A stretch of 64,000 nucleotides of DNA from Podarcis gaigeae (lineage: Eukaryota), in NCBI GenBank assembly GCA_964106915.2, contig OZ066920.1; one strand, written 5' to 3'. This document shows positions 60,998 to 64,000 of the stretch, piece after piece (the stretch's first letter is position 1; every line of letters begins with the position of its first letter). Made by a program: the position numbers and the translations under genes. Under the pieces are notes generated by a model that made no database searches, was not told the DNA's origin, and saw nothing but the letters and a program-made list of their open reading frames with translations.

Positions 60998-61974
60998 TAT
61001 AGACTCCACTGTGCAGTTCTCTTGCGCGAACCCTTTAAGTGTGGTTTGAAAAGAACAACTACACGTGCGCCGACGTTATCAACCACCTATTGGGGGATCT
61101 TTCCTTTCCTTTAATAATAGGGATCAGTATGTATAGGACATGTGAGCAGCTCCGAGATTTTGATGCTCCTGAAGTGGAATAATTATAAATTGTCTGAAAC
61201 ACTCTGAAAAGCGGATCTCCCCCCCCCCCCCTCCACCACCACCACCGCGCGCGAAGCAGAGCCACTGGATTGGCTGGCTTGTTGGCAGGGCAATTCAGCG
61301 GTTGCATCCATGGGCAGGTGCTGCTTCTGTACCGGGAGCACCGGGAGCTGCAAGGAAAAGGGCGATTCTTCAGAGAGGAATCCCATTTGCCTCCTTCCAT
61401 TGTTCAGACACGGCAGGGCAAAGACGGGCAGGCAAGCAAGCAGCGCTCACTACAATTTGCCAGGTGCCGTCCACTGAAAAGAAGGGAGCCCTGTCTTTTT
61501 CCCCTTACCTGAAAAGCCAGGTCAGTGCCAGCTAGCAAAGGAACGGAGTCCCCCTCTGGTTTTTCTGAAAGGGCCCCTCCACCTCCTCACTCCCTTGCAC
61601 ATCAATGAGACCTGAGGAACCTATAGCCTGTAGCATGGCCCTGCCAAAGCAAGCCTCTGAAACTCAGGGGTCATCTCCACATTTATTTATTTATTTCATA
61701 AAATTGACACACCCCTTGATTTCTTTTTTTAAAAAAACACTCTTCACAAATTGCCTCAGTTTTCTGAGCAGCTGGGTAGGTGCCAATCCCATAAACAATT
61801 TTTTGTTTTTTAGGCCAAGAAGTGTTTTCTTTTGTCTGGCCTAAACTGAATCCCAATTCGCTTCCCTGGTGACCCAGAGCTCTCCTCTCCCAAATTGCCA
61901 CTGTTGCCTTCATGTCCATACCACCCATGTGGCTTCCTGCTGGTTTTATTTATAAAGCCATAAGTTGTCTAGTA

Positions 61975-62263
61975 CAGGTGTGGGCAGAGTTCAAGTTTGT
62001 TGGAACTACATTTTTCCCTTCTTCCTAGAACCCTAGGATCTACCAACCAGAGCCAAGTGTAAAAGAACAGGTGCCTCTGGACACATTCTAAACCTGAACC
62101 TGATCAGTCTTTCCCAACAGAAATCAACTCCTGGTTAGCTCTCCTCATTTCAAGCAGCCTAATTTAGATGGGAGAAGTTATTCAAAAAATTAGTAGCAAG
62201 AAACTATTACCAATCACTCAGAGATCTACCAGTAGACCTAGATCTACCTCCTGCCCAACCCTG
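61975..62263. mobile_element. Old hAT-like MITE
   Basis: Ends caggtgtgggcag / ctgcccaaccctg; degenerate 8-bp TSD gtctagta/gtccagaa. Confidence 0.5.
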
Positions 62264-64000
62264 GTCCAGAACCATGAGGGTACCTGGGGGATCCTTACTC
62301 TCTTATGAACCAACCCAGGAGCTAAATTCTTCAATGACAGTCTTCTCCAGATGCCACCAGGGACATGGCCTGTTCTGGTTGTGAAAGTCCAGTGGCTCAC
62401 AGCGACACACTTGAGAACTTTATTGTTATCTTTTAGGTGCCAAGTAAAGGCTCTCTTGTTTCTTTGGGTGACCTATTTGGTTGCTGGATTTTACCACATC
62501 ATGATGGTTGCATTTTGCCTCTTTGTGACCTGTTGCTTTTATGGTTTCTTCTGTACTATAGTGTGGTTGCAGTTACGCAATGTGTACTTTTGTGACATTG
62601 ATTTTCTGAAAGTGCTATTTACAGCAGGGTACAAGTGTTTTCAAACAAATAAACCTGTATCAGCTTCAATGAAAATTTGGAACATTTGTAGCTGAGGCTG
62701 GCCTGGGAATCCAATTCCTTTTGTAGATCCAGTGAAGGTTGGATCCATTTGTATTCATGACACCACTCATATCCTTTTCTTTAAATGCATGTGAAAGTTT
62801 AAGAAGAAAAGAAAAGAAAACGCCCTGAATTTTCTCAATCAAGAAAATGGATCTCTGGCAGGTGTGAGAAACAAAGCAATTGCAGCAGGAAATTTCAAGC
62901 CAAGCCCCCTTTTTTGGTAGAGGAAGTGCAATCTTTCAGAGTCCCCAGGGATCCTCAGAGGTGTTAATCTCTGTTTTCTTTCCAGTAGCTCCATATAGTG
63001 AATCTGAGATCCACATCTACAGTGTAGTGTGACTGTTCCAGGGAGTCTCTTTTGCAAAGTGTAAGAATCCATAATGGCTTTCCTGTAAATGGTACCTAGG
63101 GACTGATTAATCCTGTTATAGCTTTACACTGCTGTTAGGTCCCAATAAACACTTGTGGGGGGAGGTTTAGCTCTCTCTTTCAAAAAGCTAGAACATCACA
63201 GAGTGGGTGGAAATTACATGCTGATAGGCAAACCTTGAGCTTGTCCTGAACTTTGGAAGAAGAAAGGAAAAGGAAACTATGGGGATTAATATACAGAAAC
63301 CACTGATTACACTGGATTGTGGAGTAGCTTCGATGAGCAAATTGAGGTTGTATCTATTAGCATTCATCTCCTAATGTCTTGCCAGGAAGCTTTCTTTTCC
63401 CCTAAAGAAAGGCTACCAAAGGCTAGTGGAGCCCATGAATATCTTTACAAATGCTTCAAAGCTCTTGGGCCTGACCACAACAGAGTTTCAGCTGCTTTAA
63501 CATCAAGCTCAGTAAACAGATTATTAAAAGTTTGAGATTTAAGAAAAGTTTTTTTTAATGATGTTTTTAATTTTAATATTCTTTATTTAAAAGAAAGAGA
63601 AAAGGCAGATAAAATTCTAGCATGATATTAAAATAGCATACAAGGAGTAATGTAACCTCAATAGAATTGCCTTGTACCTTCTCTCTGATACCTCCAAAGG
63701 TTTGCTCCAAAACACTGCTGTTGAGCAGTTCCTGTTCCAGTAATATATATCTGAGAATTTAAGGGGTTATTCCTGAGCTGACATGACCCCTTCAAAATAC
63801 AGGGACATGTGTGGTGTTTTTAAATCCCTATAGTTTAAACCAACAAGGGGCCCGGCTGCCTTTGCGTTGTCATCACGGACCCCTCGGCTCCCCAAACATT
63901 TGCCTGATCAAACTGATCAGCTCACACATATCAGTGTTGGCCCACTCAGCATAGAGTTCACCATTATAACTCCATCTTAGTTTCTTGTAACTCGGAAACA

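Overview
This is vertebrate genomic DNA from a squamate, most likely a lacertid lizard judging by the Sauria-SINE subfamilies and the CR1, L2 and Penelope remnants. The only protein-coding gene I can support is FOXA2 (HNF-3beta) on the minus strand, with coding exons at 57651-57737 and 54463-55746. A 148-N run hides part of the forkhead domain and is exactly the length of the missing sequence. The other ~53 kb is FOXA2 3'-flank. Positions 1-28 kb are CpG-poor and hold the young TEs: four Sauria SINEs, CR1, L2, hAT and Tc2-like MITEs, a probable solo LTR, and a Penelope remnant with a hammerhead-ribozyme core. Positions ~28-61.5 kb are CpG-rich and nearly free of young retroelements. That domain contains (i) a match to the mouse Foxa2 floor-plate 3'Gli binding site at 40580-40592, (ii) a candidate promoter and first exon of a LINC00261/DEANR1/Falcor orthologue near 46.2-46.45 kb, (iii) a GATA/FOXA/ONECUT motif cluster at 37.0-37.2 kb, and (iv) an unusually dense scatter of an old ~90-bp palindromic MITE. 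The other short ORFs in the track look spurious. Comparisons with mammalian sequences are from memory and need alignment to confirm.
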